DNA from: a virus
Lineage: Duplodnaviria > Caudoviricetes
Strand: one strand, 5' to 3'
DNA length: 49,455 bases
Virus record (IMG/VR): IMGVR_UViG_3300017722_002491
Coordinates: 1-49,455 of that record
The position numbers and the translations under genes are program-made. Below the pieces are notes generated by a model. It ran no database searches. It was given only the letters and a program-made list of their open reading frames with translations, and was not told the origin of the DNA. Positions 27,108 to 39,400 of this stretch are shown piece after piece. Position 1 is the first letter of the stretch. Each line of letters starts with the position of its first letter.

Positions 27108-27637
27108 AAAAGCCTTTCATCATTCTAGCCATGCCTCGCTCGATGACAGCGTGGACTTCCTGTTTCCTGACAATCGGCAACGTGTTTTGTCAGCATGAGA
27201 TTCTTCGCAAGGACAGGCGCACGGATATTGCGGTTCAATCTATTCTCGGTCAGCCCTACAAGTATAGCGGGGCAGCGTGTCCAGGGTCGCTGATGGTGTG
27301 GCAGGAGTTGGTTCATCGGATGCCCAATGCCAATTACATCTACATTCGCCGCTCTCCGGCACAGTCATTAAAGTCGTTGGCAAAGGTTGCGGGAGTTCCA
27401 GTGGAGATGATGGAGGAAGGATATGAAGGGCTGAATCAGAAGGCGCGGGAGTTTATGCAATTCGTGGAGCCAAAGGTCATAGACTTCGCAGAACTCGCTA
27501 CGATGAAGGGGATGCGGAAGTTGTGGAATTGGGTCTGCCCCGAAGAACATTTGCCGGATCAACATTTAGTCAAGATGCACTCGCTGCATATCGAACAACG
27601 AAAGGAAATCATTCATGCACAAGTATTGGGAAAATAA
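27104..27637 (+). CDS. Sulfotransferase-like P-loop protein
   Basis: FIILAMPRSMTAW (PRSGT-like 5'-PSB loop), CQHE, YIRRSP...LKSL (3'-PB-like). Confidence 0.65.
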   Translation: MKKPFIILAMPRSMTAWTSCFLTIGNVFCQHEILRKDRRTDIAVQSILGQPYKYSGAACPGSLMVWQELVHRMPNANYIYIRRSPAQSLKSLAKVAGVPVEMMEEGYEGLNQKAREFMQFVEPKVIDFAELATMKGMRKLWNWVCPEEHLPDQHLVKMHSLHIEQRKEIIHAQVLGK

Positions 27638-28166
27638 CAAATCACTCACTGAACCCGAAATGCGCCTGCTCGGTGCGCTTTATCATGCTCACGCGCAATG
27701 CGTGTTTCGTGAAAACTGCTCCACGATGGCACTTCAACAGGCGGCTTTTGGTAGTCGTGATGTGGTCAATAGCTACATCGCTGCACTCGCAACGCTTGGC
27801 GAGGTTCACGGGCCGATTGTTGAGGCTTACAAGGTCTTGACGGGTGAGCGAACCAACGGCGACAGGGTTGCAGGTTTTGGAAACAGCTTCATCAAGGGTG
27901 AGCCAGATGCCGCATTTGCCAAGGTGCATGAATTGCTGAAAGAGCAAGCACCGCATCTCGTTGATCGGATTGAAAAGATTCAAGAGAACTTACTGCTTTC
28001 GGGGAAGAACCTGTTCCCGAATCCAGCGTGTTACACAGCGGCGGTTGCTCTTTCACTTGGGATGCCCGCAATCGTCGCTCCTTCTTTATTCGTGCAAGCG
28101 CGTATCGAGCCTTGGTCGGTTCTCTTTTATCAAGTCGTAAAACCAGACGTGAAGGAGGAAACGTAA
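27615..28166 (+). CDS. Truncated, divergent citrate-synthase-fold protein
   Basis: NCST, AALATLGEVHG, VAGFGN, FPNPA, LFVQARIEPW in citrate-synthase motif order. Confidence 0.75.
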   Translation: MHKYWENNKSLTEPEMRLLGALYHAHAQCVFRENCSTMALQQAAFGSRDVVNSYIAALATLGEVHGPIVEAYKVLTGERTNGDRVAGFGNSFIKGEPDAAFAKVHELLKEQAPHLVDRIEKIQENLLLSGKNLFPNPACYTAAVALSLGMPAIVAPSLFVQARIEPWSVLFYQVVKPDVKEET

Positions 28167-28167
28167 T

Positions 28168-29040
28168 ATGGGCGCAATTATTGCCGGGGCCGTTATCGCA
28201 GCAGGAGGCGCAGCCTATGCCGCTAACGAATCATCTAAAGCATCCAAAGAAGCGCAATCGGGCATGGCGGCACTCGCTAAAAAAGGCCAGCTAGACGATC
28301 CCGAATTAGCGGATTGGCAAAACGCCGGAAAGTTTGCTACGCAATCCAATTTGCAGAATTGGGGAAGAACCAAGCAGCTCGCCAGTGGCGTCAATGCGTT
28401 CCAACAGAATCAAGCGTTGAGGGGATACGAGAAGTTCCAGCCTTACTTTCGGCAAAATCAAGAACTCGTCGGGCGCAACGCTGCATCGTTTGCTCGCGGT
28501 GAACTGCCAAGCGATGTAGTCGGCAGCATTGGCAGGGCAGCAGCACAGCGCGGCATCCAAGGCGGATTCGGCATGAGCCAAGGCGCAGGTGGCGGCGGCA
28601 CGGCATTGGGTTCATTGAATCTGCGCAACCTTGGACTTTCATCGCTCGACCTGAGCAAATGGGGAACGCAATTCGCTCAATCTGCAAATCAAGCAGGGGC
28701 AGCAATGATGCCGGGACTCTTTGATCCAAGCAGCCAGTTCCTTAATCCTGCTCTAGCAATGAACGGGATGCAGTTCAACGCGAACGCAATCAATCAGACG
28801 AATCAACTGAATGCGGGGTATGAGAACGCAATGGGCATGGGCATGATTGCCAACCAGCAACAATCGGCATTGCAACAGGGTCAGATGGTGCAAGGCGCAA
28901 GCAATACCGTTGCGGGCATGATGGGGCAGTATGCACAGATGCAGCAGGCGCAAAAGATGCAGGACAATTACAACAATCGGTATTCCAGTCCTGATTTAAG
29001 ACAATACGACATAAATACTAGGGAACAGATAACCTCATAA
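28168..29040 (+). CDS. DNA ejection/pilot protein
   Basis: Gly/Ala hydrophobic N-terminus, Q/N/G/A-rich, no Cys; typical first ejection gene. Confidence 0.7.
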   Translation: MGAIIAGAVIAAGGAAYAANESSKASKEAQSGMAALAKKGQLDDPELADWQNAGKFATQSNLQNWGRTKQLASGVNAFQQNQALRGYEKFQPYFRQNQELVGRNAASFARGELPSDVVGSIGRAAAQRGIQGGFGMSQGAGGGGTALGSLNLRNLGLSSLDLSKWGTQFAQSANQAGAAMMPGLFDPSSQFLNPALAMNGMQFNANAINQTNQLNAGYENAMGMGMIANQQQSALQQGQMVQGASNTVAGMMGQYAQMQQAQKMQDNYNNRYSSPDLRQYDINTREQITS

Positions 29041-29041
29041 T

Positions 29042-30481
29042 ATGCCACTAGGAATATCAGAAGGAAACCCGATGGCGATTGCCGCGATGGGCGAACGCTA
29101 CGGGGATCGTCTTGTCAGCCAACTTGCACAGGCTGGCGGCATGATCGAGAACGGACTGAAACAGGTGACAACTATGAAGGAGTTACAGAGTCTCGGTCAG
29201 AACCTTTCGCAGATTTCACCGGAGTCACCCGATTACCAGCAGCAGTTGATGCAGTTGGGTGCAGCGCATCCGTTCGCCATGCAAGACCCGCGAGGTCAGG
29301 CTTTAGTCAGCATGGGCAACCAGCAACATTTACAGTGGCAGCATCAACAGTATGCGATGCAGGCGGCAGATCGTGCGGACGAAAGGGCTACGCGACATGA
29401 CGATATGGCGTATCGCAGGGCTGTGGCGGTTGCGGGGATGAAAGGTAAGCAGGATGCTGTTAGGGTTCCGTTTAACACGGGAGAAGGTCAATTCAACGAG
29501 TTTTCGGCTATGCCGCAAGCTGGATTTTCCGGTAGCGCAGCTATAAACAATACTACGGGTCAACCGGGTGTCGTGCTAGATGCAAAGTTAGGAGATGCCA
29601 TTCCCGAAAAAGAAGAACCGGGATACGAAGCACCGCCGCCGCCAGCGAACTTTTCCGGTAGCGCAGCGGCTTCTAATTCATCAGACACATCGCCCGATTT
29701 ACGAACATTACACAATAATAACAGGAGTATAGCGGCTCAGGCTTTTCGGGATAAGGAAGGAAATGTTGACCCGAAGATGCTAGCGCAAATAGAAGCGACG
29801 GCGCTATCTCTGACAAATGGGCAATTATCAAGAATTGCAAAGACCGCAACTGGTTCTGGATTTGGCTATAAGTCGAGAGACGAAGCAATTTCTGATTTCG
29901 GCGGGAAGCCCATTGGTAAAGGGTTATACGAAACCGACGATGGAACCGTGCTTACTGTGACTCAATCAGCAAGCGGCAAGTGGCATTGGAAAACACCTCC
30001 AGCAGATCATTCAGCATTGCCGGAGTTCGATAAAAACGGGAACGCTAGACTCGGAAACACAATCTTACAAAAAGGCAATGATGGAACAATCCGAAAGGTC
30101 GGAACCATCCCTCAATCAAAACCTATGGCAGAAGGAACGTTGAGTGAGCTACAACAATCTTCACTCAGGTCAGCCGTATCATCTAGGGATAAATCCGAAG
30201 CCGCATACTCAAACTTCAAGGGCGAGTATGATGCTGCAATTGCAAGGGAAGATAAAGACAAGGACGTAGCGGCTGCACTAGCGAAGATGAATAATGCCAA
30301 TGATGCTTATAGGTCGGCATCGGCCAAGCATGATGCGTTGGTGAAATCATTCAATTCGTCATCGTCCTCAAGCGCACCAAAAAAGTTAACTTCCGAAGTG
30401 AAGGATCGACTTTTAAAGTCGGCAAATGGGGATATAAAGAAAGCCGCAGAAATGGCTAGAAAACAAGGCTACATCCCATAG
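29042..30481 (+). CDS. Internal virion/ejection protein
   Basis: 479 aa, Q-rich helices, A...A...GY C-terminal motif, no Cys. Confidence 0.65.
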   Translation: MPLGISEGNPMAIAAMGERYGDRLVSQLAQAGGMIENGLKQVTTMKELQSLGQNLSQISPESPDYQQQLMQLGAAHPFAMQDPRGQALVSMGNQQHLQWQHQQYAMQAADRADERATRHDDMAYRRAVAVAGMKGKQDAVRVPFNTGEGQFNEFSAMPQAGFSGSAAINNTTGQPGVVLDAKLGDAIPEKEEPGYEAPPPPANFSGSAAASNSSDTSPDLRTLHNNNRSIAAQAFRDKEGNVDPKMLAQIEATALSLTNGQLSRIAKTATGSGFGYKSRDEAISDFGGKPIGKGLYETDDGTVLTVTQSASGKWHWKTPPADHSALPEFDKNGNARLGNTILQKGNDGTIRKVGTIPQSKPMAEGTLSELQQSSLRSAVSSRDKSEAAYSNFKGEYDAAIAREDKDKDVAAALAKMNNANDAYRSASAKHDALVKSFNSSSSSSAPKKLTSEVKDRLLKSANGDIKKAAEMARKQGYIP

Positions 30482-30490
30482 CATACCTAA

Positions 30491-33400
30491 ATGGGATCGC
30501 AAATCACTGAACTTCCGCCTATCGAAGATTACGAAAAGGCGTTTTCCGATAATTCAGAATCCGTTGATTTACCTCCATTAGAGGACTACGAGAAGGCGTT
30601 CTCGGATACATCTTCCGCGCCAAAGGCCGAACCGAAGGATGAAACTATTCTCTCCGGCTCACTCAGCGGAAGCACCCCGATACCAGCGGAACCGAAGCCC
30701 GATCCAATGGCTGATACATCGGCTGGCGATTACGCGCAGTCGTTGAGCGATTCATTAAAGCAGCCAGCGAACATGGCGGATACGGCGATGCAGGGATACG
30801 AGGATGCCCCTGCATACAACATGAGCGGAATAGGGATGCCTGCCAGATTCGTGCCACAAGGTAGCGTTCTTAGAAATGACAAGATGCGCCAAGCCGCGCT
30901 TCTCGATGTTAAGAAAGCGCGGGAATCACTTTATCTTCGTATGCAAGAGATTGGCGTTGCGGACTACCCCGCTCCGGCTGGCGAGGAATTGGATCGGCGC
31001 ATCACACAGCAAGACAAGTCAGGGGGCGACATTTTCAAAAACGCGCAGGAGCAAGCATCCATTAAGCGCGGGCTGGATAGTAACTATGAGTTGAAGTATG
31101 GATTGCAGCCAAGGGACTTAGCGGCAGAGGCGATTGCCGATGAGAAGGAGTTGGCGGCAGCACGGCTTCAACAGTCAGATAATGTTTCCGCAATAAAGGA
31201 CAACGAAAGCGAGATATACGCGATTGAGCAGCAGTTGAAAGAGCCGGGAATATCCGATGACTTGAAGAAGTCACTTAATCTCAAGCGCGGTGCGCTGGTC
31301 GCTGCTGATGCGCAGAAAACACGGAATCTGGAATCACTTTACAAGAGTCAGGAAGAACAAGTCCCCGGAAGCGCGGAATGGATGAGCAAGCAGCGCGAGA
31401 TTGATGTGGAGCATGAGAAGCTAGGCGCGAACTCTGCGTTGTCGGGTGTGCTTTCATTCACTTCATCCCTCAACAAGCAGATTCTCGGCATCTACGATGT
31501 CGCTTCAAAAGCACTTGGTCACGATGTAAGCCAAGACAACCTGCATGAGTGGATGCTTGGTCAAGCCATGATGCAGGGAACGTATGCCAATGTTAATCCT
31601 ACTGCGCTTGCTGACTTCGCAAGGGGCGTTGGTGGCGCGTCTGCGCTGATTATTGGCCCTAGTAAGCTGGGTAAGATTGCCAGCATTACTCAGATGAGCG
31701 TTCGCGCTATGGCTGAAAGCTACAAGACTGCCAAGATGCAAGGTGCATCCGAAAACGAGGCAGCGGCAATCGGCGGACATACTGCACTCGACTTGGCTGC
31801 GTTCATGGTTGGAGGAAAAGCCCTTGGTGGGCTGATGTCAAAATGGATTGCTCCAATGGCGAATCCGGTTGCGCGTGGAGCGGGGTCGCTTGCAACACAG
31901 ATGGCGGCGAACAGCGCAATGAGCGCAAGCCTGCGTGCCGTTAATGGGGGTGAATGGATGCCGACAGCGGGAGAGTTCGGGGCAGACCTTGCGTTTGCGG
32001 GGCATCACGCCGTTGCCGACTACTCAAACAGCGTCAAGTTCGTTCAGCAGAAAAAGCAGATGACGACAACCCGCGATGCGATGTTTCTGAGCGGGCTGGA
32101 TAAAGTGAATGTGAATGGGGAATCCGTTCATCTTGCGACTTATTCGGACATCGTGAAAGAGGGGAAGCGCAGGTTCGATGAACTGAATCAGAAGGACAAG
32201 CTCACTCCCGCAGAGGAAGCAGAGAAGAAACGGCTGGCGTTTATCGCGTCTGATCAGTTTGAGAGAAAGCATATCGAAGATGTTGCCCGTGCTGCCGGAA
32301 TTATGCCTGTCGAGGAAACAACTGCCAAAGAGTTTTCTGCCGACATGGAGAAACACAAGGCGTTGCTGCGCGACAAGGTTCTCGGCCCTGTTATCACCAA
32401 CGAGAAGGGGGAGCAGGTTCGTGATAAGGATCGGGCAGATGCCACGGACAAGGAGAGGCGGGCGTATGAGCTATTGAACGATCCCAACACAACGCTTGCA
32501 GAAAAAGCTGCTGCATTTGGGCAGAAACTCACAGACCACGATTACGGCGCAGAGACGGAGACTGCGCCTGAGAGTCAGGCAGGGATGAAGCAGGAGCCGA
32601 TTGATATAAACATCGAGCCGGGGCGGAGGTATAGCAATTACGGAGACATTAACCTTGAGCCTATTGATGGAACGAACAAGCCAGCCGCCGCTGCCGCTCC
32701 CCCTGCGCCAGCCGCACCAACAGCAGAACCAACCGCGCCCACATCGCCACTCCATGAAGCAGGAGCAAGCCAAAGACTCTCGGCAATCGAAGTAACGACA
32801 AAAACCGTAACTGCAACAGGTAGTAGCGGTGGCTCCACGACATTCGCAACCGAGGCGGAAGCAGCGCAACACATAGCCCAACAACGCGCCAAAAATCCAA
32901 ATATAGTCATCACCGTTAAAGGGATGGATCAGGTTGGGTTAAACAAAGCAGAGGTAGCAAAAGCGGTAGAACGACTAAACACTCAACCCGCACCCGCAAA
33001 ACCTTCATCCGTGGGTCAGCCTGTTCCCGCTACCGCGCAGCCTTACAGCAAAGAGGCGTTGCAGAAAACGCTCAACCTGACAGCAGAGAAAGCCGAATCT
33101 TTGCATATCATAGTGCAGGCTATGGGGCTGGATGAGTCGAGGCTTACATTCGATTCCACTAGAAGCGGGGTAATGCTTTATCAAAAAGGTGGAGACAACA
33201 AAATTGATGCTCAGATTTATTTTGAAAACGGGAAAGCAGTCATTGAGGGATTCAAAAGTTCTAATGTATCAAGCGGGGCGCATGAGATTTTTCACGCAGC
33301 TAGGAGGCAGCTTTTCGACAGAAACATACCAGCAGAAAACCGCGAGGGAATCACGGATGAAGATGTAGCCATAGCCGAGAAATGGGCTGGTGTTAAAGAC

Positions 33401-36400
33401 GGAAAATGGAGCGTAGCAGCCGAGGAAAAGTTTGCCCGTGGAGGCGAAAGATACCTTGCAACAGGAGAAGCCCCATCCCCGGAACTTGCGGCGGTGTTTG
33501 GGAAGTTCAAGAACTGGCTGTTGAAGATTTACAAGGGTATCTCCGGCAGCGCGATTGACATCAAAATCTCGCCTGAGATGAAGAAGGTGTTCGATAGATT
33601 GCTCACCCGCTCAGAGCGACTAAAGGGCGAAGGAGAGAAGCCAGCACCCGTTGAGTCGAAAAAGCCAGCACCCGAAAAATCCGACATCTCAGAGCATCAA
33701 CGGGAAATCGAGACAGCGATGAAGCCGGATCATCTGGCTATCCTTAAATCCGCCAACGAGAAGCTGGCGCGTGGGGAGCCATTGACGGAAATCGAGCAGG
33801 GGATGAGGGATTCCGTGGAGCGGCAGTTGCTCGATAAAGGGGATGTGCTTAGGCAGGAGTCGCCACTTACGCCAGAGGAAAAGGCCAAGAGGGATGAAAA
33901 TGATGCCGCCTACGCGAAAGCGGCGGAAGCTGGCGACACGGAGACGGCGCAACGCATGGTGGATGAGGCGGCGAATAATGAAGGTCTAAAAATCTTGTTT
34001 CATAAAACCGAAGGAAAGTTTGATGAGTTTGATCCGTCAATAGGGGAGGGCGGGACGCACCTAGCAACAACAGAGAGGCAACTTGATAATTTACGTGGAA
34101 ACAAAGGAAAAACAATGCGACTTGCTGTTCGCATAGATAATCCAATCCGTATAAATGACGGGAATTACAACAGCCTTCGCTCCCTATGGATTCAAGCCGT
34201 AGATGCGGGTAAGCTGAAAGCCGGAAATTACATTGGTAGCCAACAAGACATTCTACAAAGACTTCGCACAGAAATGCGAAAAAAAGGTTATGATGGATTT
34301 GTCTATGAGAACATCCACGAAGGTCACGGAGACTCGTATATCTCTCTTGAGCCATCGCGGATAAAATCTGCCGAGACTATTGTTGAAAAGAACGGTAAAG
34401 TGATTCCGCTATCTGAGCGGTTCAATCAGGAATCCACAAATATACTGCGTCAAGAATCGCCACTTACGCCAGCCGAGCTGCGGGCGCAGCAGGAAAGCGA
34501 CTCAAGCGGATTAAACGCCGAAATTGTGGACAGCATGAAGAAGGACGTTGTTAAGGCGCAGGCGGAAAAGGGCGGCGACATAAAGACATCCAGAGATAAG
34601 TGGGTTCTGAGTGAGTTGAAGAAAAAGAAGGGGATGTCGGATGCTGAATACAGCGATTACAAGGACAAGCTGAACGCTGCTTACGATGCCGAGGTATCGG
34701 CGCAGGAACTCCCATCAATTCCTAAGTCTGAATCTATCAAAGGGCAGCGCGACAACATTCGCGGTTATGTAGCCATTCGACTGCGAAACTTTGAAGCCGA
34801 CAACGCTGATTTGATTGAGAAATCTCCCGATGCGGCTAAGGCCGAATGGAAGAAATTGATCATGCGCGAGATCAATGAATCCGGTGCAGCGAAGAAACTT
34901 ACTTCCGGTCAAATAGAACACGCTGCAAACGAGGCTTGGAATCTAGGCAGGGACACAAAGGGGAAGCGCAGGGCTTCATCTGATGATGCTTTTCCGACAG
35001 AGGGAACAATCTCAGAAGCCATACAGAGCATGGGCGGCATTAGCTCCAAAGACAAAGCTCCGGCGGGAATTGCGGCGGCTCATCTTTCCAAGCTATACGG
35101 CGGCGAGGGGGCTGATTCTGCTGATTTAGTAGCATCGGCATTGAAAGACCGACTACCAAAGGGTTCGCTCGGAACTGCCGAGGAATTATGGGATGCGATT
35201 AAACGCGAAAGCGATTCGCATTTAAGGATGAAGGCGCAGGCATCACAGGCGAAAGCCGAATATGATACTGCCGTTAAGTTTAGAAAGTTTGTGCGAGAAA
35301 ATGCGATTCAAGATATTCCCGGTCTGATACCAGCCCGCATATCAACCGACATGATCGGCGCAAAGGTTGTCGTGGACGGTGAGCCGATGGAAGTTACGGT
35401 TAATGCTAATGGCGATTTCGTCCTCAAAAGCGGAAAAGATTTTGACGGGCAGGGCAAGTTCGGGACGCAGCGCGTAGAGGAAGGCGAATACGTCTATATT
35501 GAAAGGGTTCTCTCCATGCCCGGAGAGGGCGACGGCAGGGCTACCAGCGCAACCAATAATGCCGTGATGAAAGCACTAGCGGCTATTGGTGCGCCGGACG
35601 TTGAGCTTGGGCCGAAGGTTAGCGATGCAGAAATTTGGAGTCGAGCGAAAGCGGAACTCGCCTTGAACCCAAGGGCTGCCGATGAGCTTGTTACGCGGAT
35701 CAATAGTCCGAAAGAACCCGGTTCTCTCGTTCTATCTACCCATCAACAGGCGTTGCTTCTCTACAAGCACATTCAACTACAAGTTGAGATAGAGCCTGTT
35801 AATGCCGAATGGGTGGAGGCTATGTCTGTGAAAGAGGGAACTCCGCTTACCGCTGCAATGCGTGAAAGGAATGAGATATTGAGCGGAAAGCGAGAGGACT
35901 TGCAGCGCAGATTGTTTGAGTTTGCCAAGGCCAATGCCGCCATTGGTAGCGAAGCGGGAAGGGCTTTACGCTTCCGTCGCGTGATGGCTGATTACAGTTT
36001 CAGTTCTTCCTCTGTGCAGGCGCAGATGATGGAGAATCTTGGTCGCCCGCTTACAGAGGACGAGATCAAGGACTCAATCCGGCTGACGGGACAACTTGAC
36101 GGGCTGAACCGGCAGTTGGAGGAACATCGTGGTCAGATAGTCGAGAGGCTGGTTGATGCTGGCGCAAGGGATGCGTTCGACATGATGAAAACCGAGATGA
36201 CGTTGGGCGGGGCATTGGGCAGCATTTTCAAGAGCGGCAACAAGAAGGCGTTGTCGGGGATTTTTAGCGCAATGAGAAATGAGGCGCAGGCGACTTTCAG
36301 AGAGTGGTCGGCAGCGAGCAAGAAAAGGTTCAACGAAATAGACTCGCTCGCTGTTGAACTTGATCTGGAAGCAATGCCGTCAAACAAGCTGCAACAGGCG

Positions 36401-39400
36401 GAAACCGCTTGGCAACGTCTCGCAAGGCTTGAGGCAACAGATGCGGCAGTTGCGATAGCTTCCGGTGCTTCAAAGGAAATCTGGAAACAGGCGATGATCA
36501 AGAGTCACCCTGATGTGTATGGCAGGTTCTCAGCGAAAGAAGCCAATGAGCGGCTGGATCAGGCGTGGAGCGATGGGCCAGCTGCGCTTGCGGAGAAAAT
36601 CGCAGAGAACACAAAGGCCAAGAACAAAAAGAAAACGGTATCTGATGCAGAGATTGAGAACGGCAAGAAGCAAATCGAGAAAACCCTTGTCCGTAAATCC
36701 AAGACAGCCGAGCAGCTTGCAGAGGAAGCCCCGAAGAAGCGCGAAGCAGTCCTCGCTGGTGTTGAGGCCGCGAAAGCAGAAGGCGGCGAACTTGGCGATC
36801 TCAAGAAAGCTGTCCGCAAGATTGCTGAAACATTCATCGAGGAAGGAGAGCGCGATTATGACACTTTGATCCGCAGAACCACGCAGGAGATTCAGAAGTA
36901 TTTCCCCGAAGCGGTGGATCACGACATCAAGCGGCTGTTCTCCAACTACGGGGATTACAAGGCAGCAACCACGGACGAGATCAAGGTGACGAAGGCGCAC
37001 ATGAAGCAGCAGGCGTTGGTGGAGTCTCAGCTTTACGACATTCTGCAAAAGGGCAGGCTTCCATCCCGCACGGGTAAGGCGCGTGTGCTTTCGCCGGATG
37101 TGGTTCGGCAGGCTGTAATCAGAAGGCGCGAAGAAATGCGCAGATTGAATCTGACCGCAGATGATCCAGCGCAGCAGATGAAGGACTCGCTGGATGTCCG
37201 CAAGACCTACTATCGCAACAGGATTCTCGACTTGGCGCAGGAAATCAAAACCAAGCAGAAGATTATCGAGCAGAAAACACCAGCCCGCACCGACCCAGAG
37301 CTTGAGAAGATGAAATCGGACTACGCACAACTGAAAGCGGAGCGCGACTTGATATTCAAGGAAGGGCTGACGGATGAGCAGCGGCTTGCGCGTGCTATGC
37401 GGGTTGCTGAACGTGAGTGGCTGAACTCCCGTCAGAAGCTCTCAGATGCCCGCCAGCAAATCTTTCCGCCGAAACAGGAGAAAGCCCCGTTGCCGTATAA
37501 CGAGAACCTAGAAAAGCTGAAAGCGGAGACGGAAGCCTATCGGGATGAATACAGGGCATTGCGCGATCTTGATCCAACCATTCGCAGGGAGAAAGCGTGG
37601 AAGGCGAATCTGTCCATGATTGAGCGGCTGCAAAAGACCATCGCGGATTACAGGACAGGAACGGAGCCGCCTAAAGCCGAGAAGGAGAAGCTGACAGACC
37701 CGGAACTCAAGCAGCAGCGGAAGCAGATTGAACAACTCAGGGCTGATCTTGAAGATTTGAAAGCCCCGATGAAGGAGTTGGAGCGTGCAAAGCAGGTCCA
37801 GGATGACATAGACGCGCTGACCGACAAGATTGATACGGGCAACATCTCGATGAAGAAGCGTCCATCGCGCAGGGAATCGGCTGAAATCGAGGAACTGAAA
37901 CGTCAGCGCACCGGATTGCAGAATGAACTGAATCAGATGCGCAGGGATAAGAAGGGCAGGAGCGAAGCTGAATACATCAAGTCGCTCGACAACCGGATTG
38001 CAGAGGTTCTGCGTAAGCTGGCCGACAACGACATTCTCAAGAAAACAAAGACCAAGTTTGACAGCGAAGAAGTAAAGCAGCGCGAGGAAATCTTGAAGGA
38101 GTTGAACAATGAGTTGCAGACGCTCAGGGATGGGCCAAAAGCACCTTTGGAGGAACTTGCGCTCAAGCGTCGTAAGGCGCAGTTGAGCCGCAACCTTGCT
38201 GAACTGGAACGGCGCATAGCCGAGGGCGACATTGATCCGAAACCACGGAAAGAACCTACCCCGCTGGATAAGGAAGGGGAGGAAATGCAGAAGAAGATTG
38301 AAGTGTTACGGCATCAGATTGTCGTGATGCTTGAGGCAAAGCGGATTGAGGGTCAGACATGGCTGGGTCGCAACGTGGATAAGTTTGTTGCGTATGCGCG
38401 GTGGGCAAAGATTACAGGAATTGCGGTGCTTGGAAAATTGTCAGGGGCGGCGGCAGCGCGGCTTTTCCTGACGAACCCCACAGAGATTGCGGCAGGCAAG
38501 CTATTGGAGGCTTCGCCGTTCATTGGCGCAGGGATGAAGCGGTTGCAGATGCTATCGCAGCGGGGGCGGGATGTGATGAGCTTCACGGAGTATCTGAGGA
38601 ACTTCAAGAAGCTGTGGGCGACTACAAAATCCGAGATCGGCAATGTCGTGAAATACGGAAAAACAAGTCAGGAAATGGCGTATGGAAAGCGGGTATATCC
38701 GCCTCTGCTGCCGAAGTGGATGGAGTATGTGGCCGCGCTTCACCCGCTCTTGAAGCTGCCCGTTTTTATGAACGAGTTCAACCGCAGCTTTGATTCCCGG
38801 ATGAAGGATGCGCGGTTGCGCGGCGAGGACGTTACCAACGACAACGTGATAGACCGGATCAAGAATGAGGCGACGATTGACGGGCTTCGCTCAAAGTTCC
38901 AAAACGATAATTTCCTGACCAAGCGATTCGCCATGATGTCGGCTCGGAGAGACACCAAGGGCAAGTCGAATATCCATGCCGTAGGTGATGCAGCTATTCC
39001 AAGGCTGATGAACTTCCTGTTTCCGGTTGTCAGTGTGCCGACCAACTATTTCCTTGAAGCACTAACATGGGGGCCATTAGGACTTGCCAGCGGACTTACG
39101 AGAACGGCTGGACGCCCCGGATGGGAGGCATTAAAAGGCGTATTTAAGAAAGGCGGAAACGCGAAGGAGGCTTGGAACGAAGGATGGGAGCGCGTGTGGG
39201 CTGAAATGACACCGGAGAACGCAGACTCGATTCATCGGCATCTTGTGCGCGGATCAATCGGAAGTGCGCTATTCCTTTTGGGGCTTGCCGCGAAGGATTA
39301 TATCGGCGGATTTTGGACTCGGAAAAAGAAGGACGAGGATGAAGTCGAATACGGCGACATTAGGATTTTCGGGATCAACTTTAGCCATACTTTTCTGCAT

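Noticed and set aside
27615-28166. Functional TCA citrate synthase (gltA)
   Set aside because: Less than half normal length, and the catalytic His and Asp equivalents are substituted.
36530-37330. 266-aa minus-strand ORF and other long antisense ORFs within portal, capsid and the giant gene
   Set aside because: Shadow frames of strongly coding plus-strand genes; no motifs or independent expression signals.
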